Source: Lachnospiraceae bacterium
GTDB taxonomy: Bacteria; Bacillota; Clostridia; Lachnospirales; Lachnospiraceae
DNA length: 64,000 bases
Direction of reading: 5' to 3'
NCBI GenBank assembly: GCA_022792335.1
Contig: JAAWAV010000041.1
Span: 72,039-136,038 of the forward strand
The notes under the pieces were generated by a model that saw only the letters and a list, made by a program, of their open reading frames with translations, was not told the origin of the DNA and did not search any database. The position numbers were made by a program, and so were the translations under genes. Shown piece by piece: positions 1 through 10,308 of the stretch. Each line of letters opens with the position of its first letter. The first letter of the stretch is position 1.

Positions 1-644
1 GCAAGCAGCAGATGAGTAGTATGACGGCGGCCATGGGACAGATCGAAGATTCGGCGAATGAGATCAGCAAGATTATTAAGACGATTGAAGATATTGCTTT
101 CCAGACCAACATCCTGGCTCTGAATGCAGCCGTAGAGGCGGCAAGAGCCGGCACTGCTGGCAAGGGCTTTGCAGTTGTAGCCGATGAGGTTCGAAATCTG
201 GCTAGTAAGTCTGCAGAGGCTTCCGCAAATACGGCTTCTTTGATTGGCGCGACCATCAAGGCTGTGAAAGAGGGAGCTGATATTGCAGAGCAGACGGCGG
301 CTTCTTTTAATAAGATTACGGAAATGTCTGAGCAGTCCGCAACGATTGTATATGAGATTTCCAAGGCTTCTCAGGAGCAGGCTTCGGCTGTATCGCAGGT
401 TATGGTTGGAATCGATCAGATTTCCAGCGTAGTACAAACCAATTCGGCGACAGCAGAAGAAAATGCTGCTTCCAGCGAGGAACTTTCTGGTCAGGCTCAG
501 GTGCTGAAGGGACTGGTATCCAGATTCAAATTGAGAGGCGGTTCTTCTTCCTATAGTTCCTCTTCTTACAGCGCTCCTGCTTCTTCTTATAGTGATGAGT
601 CCTCTTATGTGGAGACCAGAAGCAGCGGATTGGATAAATATTGA
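1..644 (+). CDS. Methyl-accepting chemotaxis protein, C-terminal signalling domain (5' truncated by window)
   Basis: [20 protein letters not shown][16 protein letters not shown] hairpin-tip signature; frame appears open to the window edge. Confidence 0.95.
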   Translation, partial: KQQMSSMTAAMGQIEDSANEISKIIKTIEDIAFQTNILALNAAVEAARAGTAGKGFAVVADEVRNLASKSAEASANTASLIGATIKAVKEGADIAEQTAASFNKITEMSEQSATIVYEISKASQEQASAVSQVMVGIDQISSVVQTNSATAEENAASSEELSGQAQVLKGLVSRFKLRGGSSSYSSSSYSAPASSYSDESSYVETRSSGLDKY

Positions 645-734
645 TTTAAAATATCCTTATATTGAGACTATGCAGTGCTTTAAATAAATTTTTATGAAAG
701 AATCAGGAAAATCAAATAGAAAGGAGAAAAAATC

Positions 735-1373
735 ATGATAGTTTCATCTGCAGTGACAAGTCGCTATCAGGCAACGGTCGATCTAAAAGCGACCAGGACA
801 GCGGGCGTAGAGAAAGAAACAGAAGCGGCGGCTGCTTCTGGAGGAAAGAAAGCGGATGTAGATACTTTTGTGAAGAGCAGTGAAGCTGCTCCAGCGGAGA
901 CAAAAAAGCTGAGCGCTGATGAGATTCGGAAATATCAGGAGCAAAGGGAGCAGTCCTTTACAAAGATGCTCAATGATATTGTGAGTAAACAGGCGAATGC
1001 AGGAAAGAAAGCAGAACAGCTTGCAAAGAAAGGTCTTACAAAAGACTTTTTCAGTGACTTAGTGGTTACACCGGAGCAGGCGTTGGCAGCAAAACAGTCT
1101 ATCGGGGAAGATGGCGAATGGGGCGTGAATGCCGTGGCGACCAGAATCATGGATATGTGTGTTGCGCTTTCCGGCGGAGATTCTTCCAAGGTTGAGGAGA
1201 TGAGAGCGGCTGTTGATAAGGGATTCAAGCAGGCTATGGGGCAGTGGGGAGGTTCCCTTCCTTCTATCTGCAGCCAGACGCATGATGAGATCAACAAGCG
1301 TTTTGATTACTGGAAAGAGAACGGAAGTCTTGATGGTTATCAGTACCAGAGAGCAACTTCGGAGGAAGAATGA
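735..1373 (+). CDS. Conserved hypothetical protein, probably flagellum-associated
   Basis: AAGGAG RBS, 212 aa, globular-looking C-terminal region (GEDGEWGV...ALSGGD...KGFKQA..WGG.LP). Confidence 0.75.
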   Translation: MIVSSAVTSRYQATVDLKATRTAGVEKETEAAAASGGKKADVDTFVKSSEAAPAETKKLSADEIRKYQEQREQSFTKMLNDIVSKQANAGKKAEQLAKKGLTKDFFSDLVVTPEQALAAKQSIGEDGEWGVNAVATRIMDMCVALSGGDSSKVEEMRAAVDKGFKQAMGQWGGSLPSICSQTHDEINKRFDYWKENGSLDGYQYQRATSEEE

Positions 1374-1385
1374 TTTAGAGATACG

Positions 1386-1420
1386 GCAGGGCGGAATGAG
1401 AAAGATTCCGCCCTGTTTTT
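1386..1420 (+). terminator. Rho-independent terminator
   Basis: GCAGGGCGGAAT-loop-ATTCCGCCCTGT stem followed by T-run. Confidence 0.85.
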
Positions 1421-1572
1421 AAAATTGGAATGTTGGTTTTTTAAATATTATAATTTATTTTTTGAAAAATCATGTAGGTTTTTGCAGTAGAATAAATGGA
1501 CAATTGTCGAAAAATGCAGGAGTTGGGTTAAAAAACTAACGATGGAAAGAATTGTTTTTTTGGTATAGGTTA

Positions 1573-1601
1573 TTGCCTTTTTAGGTGGAAACTGGTATAC
1601 T
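1573..1601 (+). promoter_or_regulatory. SigmaA-type promoter of the fla operon
   Basis: TTGCCT-N17-TATACT with TG extended -10, about 47 nt upstream of the flgB GTG. Confidence 0.7.
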
Positions 1602-1647
1602 AAGTAAGTCAGAACGAACGAAAACAGATAGAGAAGGAGTGATTTTT

Positions 1648-2037
1648 GTGGCCGGTTTATATGGAAACGGCATAGAGTTGACAGAGAAAATGATGGACTT
1701 TTTATGGGAGCGGCAGACTGTCGGCCTGAATAATGTGGCGAACGTCGATACTCCTGGCTATAAGACCAAATATATAACTTTTGAAGAGACGCTTCGTAAG
1801 AAACTTCAGAATGCTAGTGGAGGAAGTGGGACCAAATCGGCGGTTTATCAGGCGATACATTCTTCTCGCGCTAGGCTACATATTGACCAGGCCGAATCAA
1901 CTCGTCTGGATGGAAATAACGTGGATATGGATCAGGAACAGGTGGATTTGGTACGCACAGCTTATGAATACCAGTTTATGTTAAATTCGGTCAATAATGA
2001 TCTGAAGCGTCTGCAGAGCGCTGCCAAGGCATTTTGA
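1648..2037 (+). CDS. flgB: Basal-body rod protein FlgB
   Basis: NNVANVDTPGYK and RLDGNNVDMDQE motifs; GTG start after AAGGAG. Confidence 0.93.
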   Translation: MAGLYGNGIELTEKMMDFLWERQTVGLNNVANVDTPGYKTKYITFEETLRKKLQNASGGSGTKSAVYQAIHSSRARLHIDQAESTRLDGNNVDMDQEQVDLVRTAYEYQFMLNSVNNDLKRLQSAAKAF

Positions 2038-2222
2038 TGGGGATCGGTTGGTCTGAAATCTGATTTTTGTTCATAGACTGGACGGAACTTTAAAATCTGG
2101 ATTATATTGATTGGGAAGCCGGGTGGATTTTTGAGCTCCGGTTTTGTTTCATATTTTGTGGGAAGCTTTTGTAAAACAGAGGGGCAGATTCGGATAGGAA
2201 AAGGGAAGGAGCAGAGATAGAT

Positions 2223-2543
2223 ATGGAGTTTGAAGGTACTCAGTTTATTACGCCGATGACGGCGTGGGAAAAAATCGGAAACGCAAATACACAGCAGAAA
2301 GCAGTTCGAAGCGATGACGAGGTGGAACTTTTTTCTGATGTGTTTCATAATGTAATAAATCAGGTGTATACGACTCAGGCAGATGTGGAGAATAAGCAGT
2401 ATCTTTTGTCTACTGGGCAACTTGACAATGTTCATACGCTTCCTATTGCGGAGGCAAAGGCGTCTCTCAGCGTGGATATCCTTATTTCACTGCGCAACAA
2501 AGCGCTGGAAGCTTATAACGATCTGATGAAAATCAATATATAA
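2223..2543 (+). CDS. fliE: Hook-basal body protein FliE
   Basis: C-terminal RNKALEAYNDLMKINI typical of FliE; precedes fliF. Confidence 0.9.
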   Translation: MEFEGTQFITPMTAWEKIGNANTQQKAVRSDDEVELFSDVFHNVINQVYTTQADVENKQYLLSTGQLDNVHTLPIAEAKASLSVDILISLRNKALEAYNDLMKINI

Positions 2544-2563
2544 TTAAAATTCGCTAGTGAAGG

Positions 2564-4297
2564 TTGGGAAAGAACGTGCAGAGGTTCAAAGAATGGTGGC
2601 AGAAACTGGCATCAAAAACAAAAAAACAGTTGCTTATACTTGTAGGAGGAACAGTCGCTGTTGCCCTGGTGATTACGGCATTGGTGTTCCTGAACAAAGA
2701 TAACAGTTACAGTGTCCTGTTTACAAGTATGAATCAGTCGGAGGCTGCACAGGTGGCAAACCTTTTGCAGGAGTCGGAGGTTTCTTTCCGGTATAATGAA
2801 AGTACCGGAACTATTTCTGTGCCTTCTTCTACGGTGGATCAAACCAGAGCGACGCTTTTAAGCCAGGGGTATCCGAAGAGTGGGTTTTCCTATGACATGT
2901 ATATCGATCATGCAGGTCTGATGTCTACGGAATCTGATAGGAAGCAGTATACGCTATACGATCTTCAGAATAGGCTGGGTGCGCAGATCCGGCTTTTTGA
3001 TGGTGTACAGGACGCAACAGTGACGATTACTCAGGCGAAAGAGTCGACCTATGCCTTGGAGGATGATTCAGCCTTAGAGGCTTCGGCTTCTGTAGTGGTG
3101 ACTATGGAGAATGGCCGGGAGCTTACTCCTGACGGTGCTGACGCGATTCGACGGCTGATTAGTACAGCAGTACGCGGGATGACCTTTACCGGTAATATTT
3201 CCGTGTTTGATGCGGCAAATATGACAGAGGTGGGGAGCGGCGGCGGCGACGGGACTACTGCTGCGGCAAATGACTTAAACGAGCTGACGGATCTGATTGA
3301 AAGCAATATCGAATCGAATATCCGAACCGTTTTGGAAAAAATATATGGACGCGGAAAGGTGGAGGTTGCTGTAAAGGGTACTGTAAATATGGGGACCTTA
3401 TTACAGGAAAGCACCACCTACAGTACTCCGGAAAAGATTGATGAGGAAGATAAGACAGGGCTTTTGGAAAGTGAAACAGTAGCCGGTGGTAGTGAGGGTG
3501 TTACAGAGCCCGAGGACGGAGGCGTGGCCGGAGCTGACGGCAACGCGGAGACGCCTCGTTATACATATGAAAACGGCGAGGACGCGACGAATGGTTATAC
3601 CTATGACCAGCGTACCAGAAAATGGCTGTATAATACAGTAAAAGAGCAGCGCCAGGTAGATCCTGGGGTTTTGGAAAATACAACGGTCAGTGTTGTGATC
3701 GATACAGACGATACGTCTGTGGAGATTTCGGAGCTGAGAAGCTTGGTGGCGAATGCTTCTGGGATTTCGGCGGAAGATGCGATGAACAATATTACAATTG
3801 TACGGACTCTCTCTGCAGAATCAAAGGCTCAAAGGGAAGAGGAAAATGTCCCGGTAGTTCAGCCGGAACCTGAAGAGGAAGAGGCATTCCCGCTTCCGAT
3901 ACTAATTGCTATTATTGCAGGCGCCGTTTTACTTTTCCTGATTTTCCTTCTTCTCCTGCTTCGGAGAAGGAAAAAGAAGAAAAAAGCGGCAGAGGAGGAG
4001 GAACTTCTTGCTATGCCGGCCGGAGCGCTTGGGGCTGAGACTGGAGACGGATGGTCTGAAGGGGAATCTCCGGAAGGCGCGGCTGGAGGTGAATTCCAGT
4101 TGGAAGAAGATGAAGAAACAGCCAAGAATGAAGAAATTATTAAACTTAAGATGCAGCGGAATATGAAGCTGAAGCAAAACATCGGTGAGATTGTAGATCA
4201 GAATCCACAGATTGTTGCCAAACTTGTACAAGGATGGCTGAACAACGAGGAGGGTGGTAGAAATGGCGGAGGCCGCGGTTCAGACAAACATAAATAA
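2564..4297 (+). CDS. fliF: MS-ring protein FliF
   Basis: Two TM segments, ASASVVV motif, C-terminal AKLVQGWL; start may be TTG 2564 or GTG 2576. Confidence 0.93.
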   Translation: MGKNVQRFKEWWQKLASKTKKQLLILVGGTVAVALVITALVFLNKDNSYSVLFTSMNQSEAAQVANLLQESEVSFRYNESTGTISVPSSTVDQTRATLLSQGYPKSGFSYDMYIDHAGLMSTESDRKQYTLYDLQNRLGAQIRLFDGVQDATVTITQAKESTYALEDDSALEASASVVVTMENGRELTPDGADAIRRLISTAVRGMTFTGNISVFDAANMTEVGSGGGDGTTAAANDLNELTDLIESNIESNIRTVLEKIYGRGKVEVAVKGTVNMGTLLQESTTYSTPEKIDEEDKTGLLESETVAGGSEGVTEPEDGGVAGADGNAETPRYTYENGEDATNGYTYDQRTRKWLYNTVKEQRQVDPGVLENTTVSVVIDTDDTSVEISELRSLVANASGISAEDAMNNITIVRTLSAESKAQREEENVPVVQPEPEEEEAFPLPILIAIIAGAVLLFLIFLLLLLRRRKKKKKAAEEEELLAMPAGALGAETGDGWSEGESPEGAAGGEFQLEEDEETAKNEEIIKLKMQRNMKLKQNIGEIVDQNPQIVAKLVQGWLNNEEGGRNGGGRGSDKHK

Positions 4298-5327
4298 AGA
4301 AGGCGCAGCGGAAGAGAAGAAAGTCGCTTTAAATTCCAGGCAGAAGGCGGCCATTGTCATCGTGTCTCTGGGAGCAGATCGGGCGTCTCAGATTTATAAA
4401 TATCTGAGCGAACAAGACATTGAGGATCTGACCTATGAGGTGGCGAAGCTTGGAAAAACCAGCAACTCTCAGGTAGAGGAAGCTCTGGATGAGTTTTATA
4501 AACTCTGTCTGACTCACAAGATGATGACAGACGGCGGGCTGGACTATGCCAGAAATGTTTTGGAAAAAGCCTTTGGCGATACGACGGCCAGATCGCTTTT
4601 GGAAAAGGTATCCAAGACTCTGCAGTCCAAACCTTTCAATTTCTTTACAAAGGGAGATCCAAAAGCATTGCTTTCTCTGTTACAGCACGAGCGCTCTCAG
4701 GTAATTGTTCTGATTCTGTCTTATATGGAGCCGGAACAGGCGGCTGGAATTTTGGAGCAGTTGCCCGAGGAAAAGAGGATTCCAGTGCTGGAGGGAATGG
4801 CGAATATGGACCGGGTATCTCCGGAAGCGATCGCCATTGTAGAAGAAGAAATGAAACGGAAGTTCTCTGCAATTATTACCAGTGAGGATAATACGAATCT
4901 GGGCGGTATTGATTATGTGGCGGACATTATGAATCACGTGGACCGCAGCAACGAGCGGAAGATTTTCGAGGAATTGGGGAAAACCAACCCCGATCTGGCG
5001 ACAGATATCCGAAACAAGATGTTCGTATTCGAAAATATTCTGGATATGGACGATCGTTCCGTACAGCGCTTTGTACGTGACTGTGATTCCAAGGATGTGG
5101 TATACGCACTCAAAACGGCTAATCAGGAGATGCAGGACATTTTCTTCAGAAACATGTCCAAGAGAATGGCCGAAACTGTCCGTGCTGACCTGGAGATTAC
5201 GACCAATGTCCGTCTGAAAGATGTAGAAGAGGCGCAGCAGCGTATTGTGAACCTGATTCGAAATCTGGAGGAGAGAGGTGAGGTAATCATTAAGAAGGGA
5301 AGTGACGAGGATGATATCATCGTCTAA
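4263..5327 (+). CDS. fliG: Motor switch protein FliG
   Basis: QKAAI..SLG, GGLDYA, GGIDY, MFVFE, VRLKDVEEAQ motifs. Confidence 0.97.
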   Translation: MAEAAVQTNINKEGAAEEKKVALNSRQKAAIVIVSLGADRASQIYKYLSEQDIEDLTYEVAKLGKTSNSQVEEALDEFYKLCLTHKMMTDGGLDYARNVLEKAFGDTTARSLLEKVSKTLQSKPFNFFTKGDPKALLSLLQHERSQVIVLILSYMEPEQAAGILEQLPEEKRIPVLEGMANMDRVSPEAIAIVEEEMKRKFSAIITSEDNTNLGGIDYVADIMNHVDRSNERKIFEELGKTNPDLATDIRNKMFVFENILDMDDRSVQRFVRDCDSKDVVYALKTANQEMQDIFFRNMSKRMAETVRADLEITTNVRLKDVEEAQQRIVNLIRNLEERGEVIIKKGSDEDDIIV

Positions 5328-6150
5328 AAGCGTAATCAAGGAATGGAGTCCGGAAAAAGTTCGGACTTTCATTCCTCCCTTGACAGTCTCTCAGCCGGTG
5401 ATACGGGAATTGGATCGCCGAAATCTGGATGAACCTTCAGAGCGGAAATCTGCGGAAGCGGCAGAAGAATTTTATATTGATGAAAAGTTGAAGGAACTGG
5501 AAGCCCGGGAGCGAGAAGTACAGGAAGCGGATGAGCGTGCGGAGCTTGAACTGCAGGCGGCCAGAGAGGAGGCGGAAAGACTTCTCGAACAGGCCAGAGA
5601 GGAAGCAGAGCTTATAAAAGAAGAGGCCAGACAGGCGGGCTATGAAAAGGGGCTTAAAGAGGGACGACAGAGAGGCAGGGCGGAGGCCCTGGGTAAAATG
5701 GAGGCGGTTCTGGAAGCGCAGAGAGAACAGACCCAGCAAGAGCTTTCGGAGACGCTAAAAAGCATTGAACAGGCAAAAAATAAATGTATCCGGGACTATT
5801 TGGATCAGTTGCGGGACTGTTCTTTTGCAGTGGCCGAGAAGGTGATTCATACCAGCTTGGAAGCCAGTGGGGATATCATCAAACGGATGATTGTATTCGA
5901 GACGGAAAAGTTGCGAAAAACGGCCTGGCTTAAGATTTATCTGGAAAAATTAGACTATGATATGATGATGGAAGCGGACGCGGATCTGGTGACGGAGCTT
6001 ACCAGAGTGTCGGATAATATCAAATTTATTGTTATGGAAAAGGAACAGCGGGGGAGCTGTATTATAGAAACGCCGGAGGAGATTCTGGATATCGGCGTAG
6101 AGACACAGATGGAAAATATCCGCGAAATTACAGGAACTATACGTGCATAA
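5302..6150 (+). CDS. fliH: Export apparatus protein FliH
   Basis: AxxxGYEKGLKEG repeat, coiled coil, between fliG and fliI; start may be ATG 5311. Confidence 0.9.
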   Translation: MTRMISSSKSVIKEWSPEKVRTFIPPLTVSQPVIRELDRRNLDEPSERKSAEAAEEFYIDEKLKELEAREREVQEADERAELELQAAREEAERLLEQAREEAELIKEEARQAGYEKGLKEGRQRGRAEALGKMEAVLEAQREQTQQELSETLKSIEQAKNKCIRDYLDQLRDCSFAVAEKVIHTSLEASGDIIKRMIVFETEKLRKTAWLKIYLEKLDYDMMMEADADLVTELTRVSDNIKFIVMEKEQRGSCIIETPEEILDIGVETQMENIREITGTIRA

Positions 6151-6165
6151 AGGAGCAAAACGGCC

Positions 6166-7467
6166 ATGTTTAAAAAATTGCCGCAAATGATTGCTAATTC
6201 GGAGACTATCAGCCGTATCGGAAAAATTGAAAATGTAGTTGGTATGTCTGTGGAGGCGTCAGGCGGTAGAAGTAGTATTGGCGATATCGTTATGATTTAT
6301 AACGAAGAGCAGAACCGACAGATCCGTGCGGAAGTGGTAGGGTTTAAAGAAAACCGTATCCAGTTGATGACTTATGAAAATACCAACGGGATTAGTGCGG
6401 GCAGTTTTGTGCGAAACACCAGACGGCGTTTAAAAGTTCCTGTAGGAGATTTTCTTCGCGGACGTATTATCAATGCCATGGGAGAACCTATAGACGGGGG
6501 AGCAGAGCTTCATCCTACGAGGTATTATTCGGTAGACTCTCCCACAATCAATCCTCTGGCCAGGCCGCCCATACGGGAACGGCTGGAGTTTGGGGTAAAA
6601 GCTATTGATGGTTTGAATACCATTGGAAAGGGCCAGAGAATCGGTATTTTTGCCGGTTCCGGTGTTGGGAAAAGTACTCTGATGGGTATGATTGCCAAAA
6701 ATGTAAAAACAGATATCAATGTGATTGCACTGGTAGGCGAGCGAGGCCGCGAAGTGCTGGAATTTGTCCAGAAGGACTTGGGAGAAGAGGGAATGAGCCG
6801 CTCCGTACTGGTGGTGGCGACTTCGGACCAGCCGGCTATGCTCCGTATGAAATGCCCTTTGGTGGCGACGACGATTGCAGAATATTTTAGAGATCAGGGG
6901 TTGGATGTCCTTCTGATGATGGACTCTCTGACTCGTTACGCCATGGCGCAAAGAGAAATTGGTTTGGCGATTGGGGAACCGCCTATCGCCAGAGGTTATA
7001 CTCCTTCTATTTATGCGGAATTTCCAAAGTTATTGGAGCGAAGCGGCAATTTTGATAAGGGTTCTATCACGGGCGTTTATACAGTATTAGTAGAGGGAGA
7101 TGATACCAACGAACCGATTTCTGATACGGTACGTGGTATTCTGGACGGTCATATTGTTTTAAGCCGCCAGCTTGCCAATGAGAATCATTTTCCGGCCATT
7201 GACATTGGGGCCAGCATTTCGAGACTGATGGTAGAAATCGTTTCGAAGGAACATAAGAAAATAGACGGGCGGTTTCGGAACTTGCTTGCTTTATATCAGA
7301 AAAACGCGGATCTCATTGCGATTGGCGCTTATAAAAAAGGGAATAATCCCGCCCTTGACGAGGCGGTTTCTAAAATAAATAGTATGAATGGATTTTTAAC
7401 ACAGGGAATTAATGAAAGCTTTTCTTATGAAGAAACGGTGCGACTGATGACTGGTATCGCCGGATAA
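6166..7467 (+). CDS. fliI: Flagellar export ATPase FliI
   Basis: Walker A GIFAGSGVGKSTL, GERGREV, MDSLTR, LDGHIVLSR. Confidence 0.98.
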   Translation: MFKKLPQMIANSETISRIGKIENVVGMSVEASGGRSSIGDIVMIYNEEQNRQIRAEVVGFKENRIQLMTYENTNGISAGSFVRNTRRRLKVPVGDFLRGRIINAMGEPIDGGAELHPTRYYSVDSPTINPLARPPIRERLEFGVKAIDGLNTIGKGQRIGIFAGSGVGKSTLMGMIAKNVKTDINVIALVGERGREVLEFVQKDLGEEGMSRSVLVVATSDQPAMLRMKCPLVATTIAEYFRDQGLDVLLMMDSLTRYAMAQREIGLAIGEPPIARGYTPSIYAEFPKLLERSGNFDKGSITGVYTVLVEGDDTNEPISDTVRGILDGHIVLSRQLANENHFPAIDIGASISRLMVEIVSKEHKKIDGRFRNLLALYQKNADLIAIGAYKKGNNPALDEAVSKINSMNGFLTQGINESFSYEETVRLMTGIAG

Positions 7468-7485
7468 GACATGGAGGGATTTTAA

Positions 7486-7941
7486 TTGAAACGGTTTCGT
7501 TACAGTTTGGAAACAGTTTTAAATTATAAGACGCAGGTTTTGGACGGTTTAAAAAAAGAGCATGCTGTTATTTTAAAAAGTGTAAATGACAAAAAAGAAG
7601 AAATTCGGCAGTTAAACGGCAAGCTTCAGGATTATGAAGATAGTTTTGACGAGGCAAAATCTGCCGGAGCATCGATAGAATCTTATCTTCTTTACGATAT
7701 GTGTATCGGACAGATGGAAGAAAAGATTGAACAGGAAAAAGAACATTTAGTGATATTAAAAACAAAAGAAGAAGAGAAGAAAAGCGAAGTCATAGAGGCC
7801 AAGGTGGACACCTCCAAATTTGAGAAGTTAAAAGATAAGCGAATCAAAGAATATCAGGTGGCCGAGCAGAAGGAAGAGGAGGCCTTTGTAGAGGAGTTTG
7901 TTGTCCGCAATATGGCAACAGGAGGTCCTGTATACAGGTAG
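7486..7941 (+). CDS. fliJ: Export protein FliJ
   Basis: N-terminal KRFRYSLETVL, coiled coil, follows fliI. Confidence 0.9.
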   Translation: MKRFRYSLETVLNYKTQVLDGLKKEHAVILKSVNDKKEEIRQLNGKLQDYEDSFDEAKSAGASIESYLLYDMCIGQMEEKIEQEKEHLVILKTKEEEKKSEVIEAKVDTSKFEKLKDKRIKEYQVAEQKEEEAFVEEFVVRNMATGGPVYR

Positions 7942-8001
7942 TCACGGCTTATAGCCGATGATTATAGAAAGAAGTAAAAAAATTAAAGAAAGGAGAAACG
8001 C

Positions 8002-9252
8002 GTGGAAAAAATTCGAGCAGACGTGGCAGCAATGCTTCAAGCGGGCAGAAAAGCTGGGACCAGTTTCCAGCCGTCGAGTACGGATGCGGCGTTCAATAAG
8101 CTTTTAAAAGAGCAAAACCAGGCCGCAGACAGCAAGACAAAAGAGTCTGCAGTTTCCAGGAAGGATTCCCAGGAGAAGGCTCCGGATGCCGGAAAAGAAA
8201 ATACAAAGCCGGTGAAAGAAAGCGGAGTAAAAGAAGAGACGGATGAGCTCCAGGAAGCAGAAGTGGGAAACGGAATGGTTCCTCTCGAACTGTTGTTACA
8301 GCTTCAGGAATCCGCAGGGCAGTTTGTAATGCCATCTGCAGAGGCGGCAGTCGGAGTTTCAGAGCAGACTGAAGGCGTTATGGAAGCTTTATCACCACCG
8401 GAAATTATGGTTTCCGAAGAGGCGAATGCGATTGTAGAAACATCTTTGCAATCGGAGAATCTGGCAGAGCCAGAAGAGCTTTCAAAAGTTGTGAGTCCAG
8501 AAACTCAGGCTACAGCGTCAGAAAAAAAACCGGTTCTGCAGCCGGAAGGAAAAACTCCTGAAAAGAACCTTTCCAAGAATGAACTTCCCAAAGAGGCTAG
8601 GCCGGTTGGGCCAGAGATGATGGAAGAGAAGATGAAACCTTTAAATTCTCTGAACTCTTCAAGCTCGCTGGAAAGCATGTCAGATGAGGAGGGCGTAAAG
8701 GTGGAGGTGCCCCTGGAAACTTCTGAAGTCAAAACAGACGGAGATATGGGGGGAAAAGCCGGGAAGGAACAGCAACCTGCGGGAGTTTTAGAGCAGCCTG
8801 TCAGAGAGCTGTCAGCCCGTGAGCCGGTACAGATTGTTTCTGAACCGGTTAGGACTAGTGAACCTACGATGGTGAAAGACTTGGGTCATGCCATTGCCCA
8901 GAGGTTTCCGGAGAGCAACGGAACGCTCATGATTGAGTTGGAACCGGCATCCCTTGGAAAGTTGACTATCCATGTGCTCTATGAGAGCGGAAAGGCAACG
9001 GTTTCTATTCTCTCCACCAATCCCAGGACACTGGAGCTTTTAAATGCAAAAGCGACGGAATTGGCGGTGATTTTAGAGGAACATACCGGGCAGGAGACCA
9101 TCGTTTATACGGAGCAGCCGGAAAGAGAGCCTCTCTTCGATGAACGAGAGGGAGAGAGACAGCAAAGAGGGCAGGAACAGGAGAACAAAGAGCAGAAAGA
9201 ACGAAGCGATCAGGATTCTTTCCTGCAGCAGCTCAGACTTGGAGTAATTTAA
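8002..9252 (+). CDS. fliK: Hook-length control protein FliK
   Basis: Disordered N-terminus; C-terminal IELEPASLGKLTI switch domain; precedes flgD. Confidence 0.9.
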   Translation: MEKIRADVAAMLQAGRKAGTSFQPSSTDAAFNKLLKEQNQAADSKTKESAVSRKDSQEKAPDAGKENTKPVKESGVKEETDELQEAEVGNGMVPLELLLQLQESAGQFVMPSAEAAVGVSEQTEGVMEALSPPEIMVSEEANAIVETSLQSENLAEPEELSKVVSPETQATASEKKPVLQPEGKTPEKNLSKNELPKEARPVGPEMMEEKMKPLNSLNSSSSLESMSDEEGVKVEVPLETSEVKTDGDMGGKAGKEQQPAGVLEQPVRELSAREPVQIVSEPVRTSEPTMVKDLGHAIAQRFPESNGTLMIELEPASLGKLTIHVLYESGKATVSILSTNPRTLELLNAKATELAVILEEHTGQETIVYTEQPEREPLFDEREGERQQRGQEQENKEQKERSDQDSFLQQLRLGVI

Positions 9253-9271
9253 GTAAGGAGGATGAAGCATT

Positions 9272-9820
9272 ATGCCGGTGAACAATGTCAGCGGGACTGA
9301 CAATCCCTATGCGTCCATGATTTATACGGCTAAAAGCAACGAGAAAAATACCTTGACCATTACCAGCTATATCCAGCTTCTGGCGACACAGCTTCAGAAC
9401 CAGGATTTGACCAATCCGATGGACAGTAGCGAAATGATGAATCAGATGACCCAGATGGCTATGGTGCAGGCGTTGTCCAGCATGACAGAGACGATGACAG
9501 CCACCAGCGCGATGAGCACGACCACTTATGTGGCGGGGATGGTAGGCAAAGAAGTCACAGTAGCGGTTACAGCCTCCGGATCTTTCGGGGCAGAAACCCT
9601 GGTAGGAAGTAAAGTGGGAGTCATTGAATCCGTGAATTTGACAGGAAGTTCTCCGACTTTCCGTATCAAAGGCGACGATAAGGACTATCCACTGAGCTAT
9701 CTTCTGGGAATTGGTGATGTCACCGGATCCGTTGGCGACGGAAATTCCAGCGGTGAGGATATAAACGGCGGGGATACAGACAGTGGAGACGCTGGTGACG
9801 GGGCCACAAGCAGTTTATAG
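9272..9820 (+). CDS. flgD: Hook capping protein FlgD
   Basis: LLATQLQNQDLTNPMD..EMMNQMTQ motif. Confidence 0.92.
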   Translation: MPVNNVSGTDNPYASMIYTAKSNEKNTLTITSYIQLLATQLQNQDLTNPMDSSEMMNQMTQMAMVQALSSMTETMTATSAMSTTTYVAGMVGKEVTVAVTASGSFGAETLVGSKVGVIESVNLTGSSPTFRIKGDDKDYPLSYLLGIGDVTGSVGDGNSSGEDINGGDTDSGDAGDGATSSL

Positions 9821-9841
9821 TTAAGAAACGGAGTCGGACCT

Positions 9842-10231
9842 ATGAGCATAAACGAGATACGGAAGCTCCAGTACGGACCGGGCGCAGGAAGCGCGGGTCA
9901 GGAGGCGGCGGCAGGTCAGCCTTCCGTAAGCGGATCTGCTTTCGGTGAAATGCTGCGGGCCAGGTCACTGGAGAACCAGGGACTGAATTTTTCCAAACAT
10001 GCGGCGAAACGTATGGGAGAACGGGGAATCGCTATGGACAATGAGCTTCTGGGCGATTTGGAAGAGGCCGTGAGGGGGGCAAGGGAAAAAGGCGCGAAGG
10101 ATGTGGCCGTCATTGGCCGCCAAGGCGTATTTATCGTGAATGTTCCCAACAATGTGGTCATTACCACCATGTCGGCCGACGATATGAAAGACAGAATCTT
10201 TACAAATATCGACAGTGCTGTTATTATGTAA
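9842..10231 (+). CDS. Flagellar operon protein (TIGR02530-like)
   Basis: FSKHAAKRM.ERGI ... IFTNIDSAVI; position between flgD and flgE. Confidence 0.85.
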   Translation: MSINEIRKLQYGPGAGSAGQEAAAGQPSVSGSAFGEMLRARSLENQGLNFSKHAAKRMGERGIAMDNELLGDLEEAVRGAREKGAKDVAVIGRQGVFIVNVPNNVVITTMSADDMKDRIFTNIDSAVIM

Positions 10232-10288
10232 AGGCAGGACCGAAAGGATGCCTGTCCGGAACATCAGAAGTATGCTCCGGAGTGACAG
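10232..10288 (+). promoter_or_regulatory. Structured intercistronic RNA upstream of flgE
   Basis: AGGCA-GGA-CC-GAAA-GG-A-TGCCT hairpin followed by a TCCGGA...TCCGGA hairpin. Confidence 0.5.
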
Positions 10289-10308
10289 TAGAAAGGAAAT
10301 AGAAAAAT

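Noticed and set aside
1374-1647. c-di-GMP riboswitch or C. difficile-type invertible flagellar switch upstream of flgB
   Set aside because: I saw no GEMM-like two-hairpin pattern or long inverted repeats, and the leader after the predicted promoter is only about 40 nt; no Infernal scan was run
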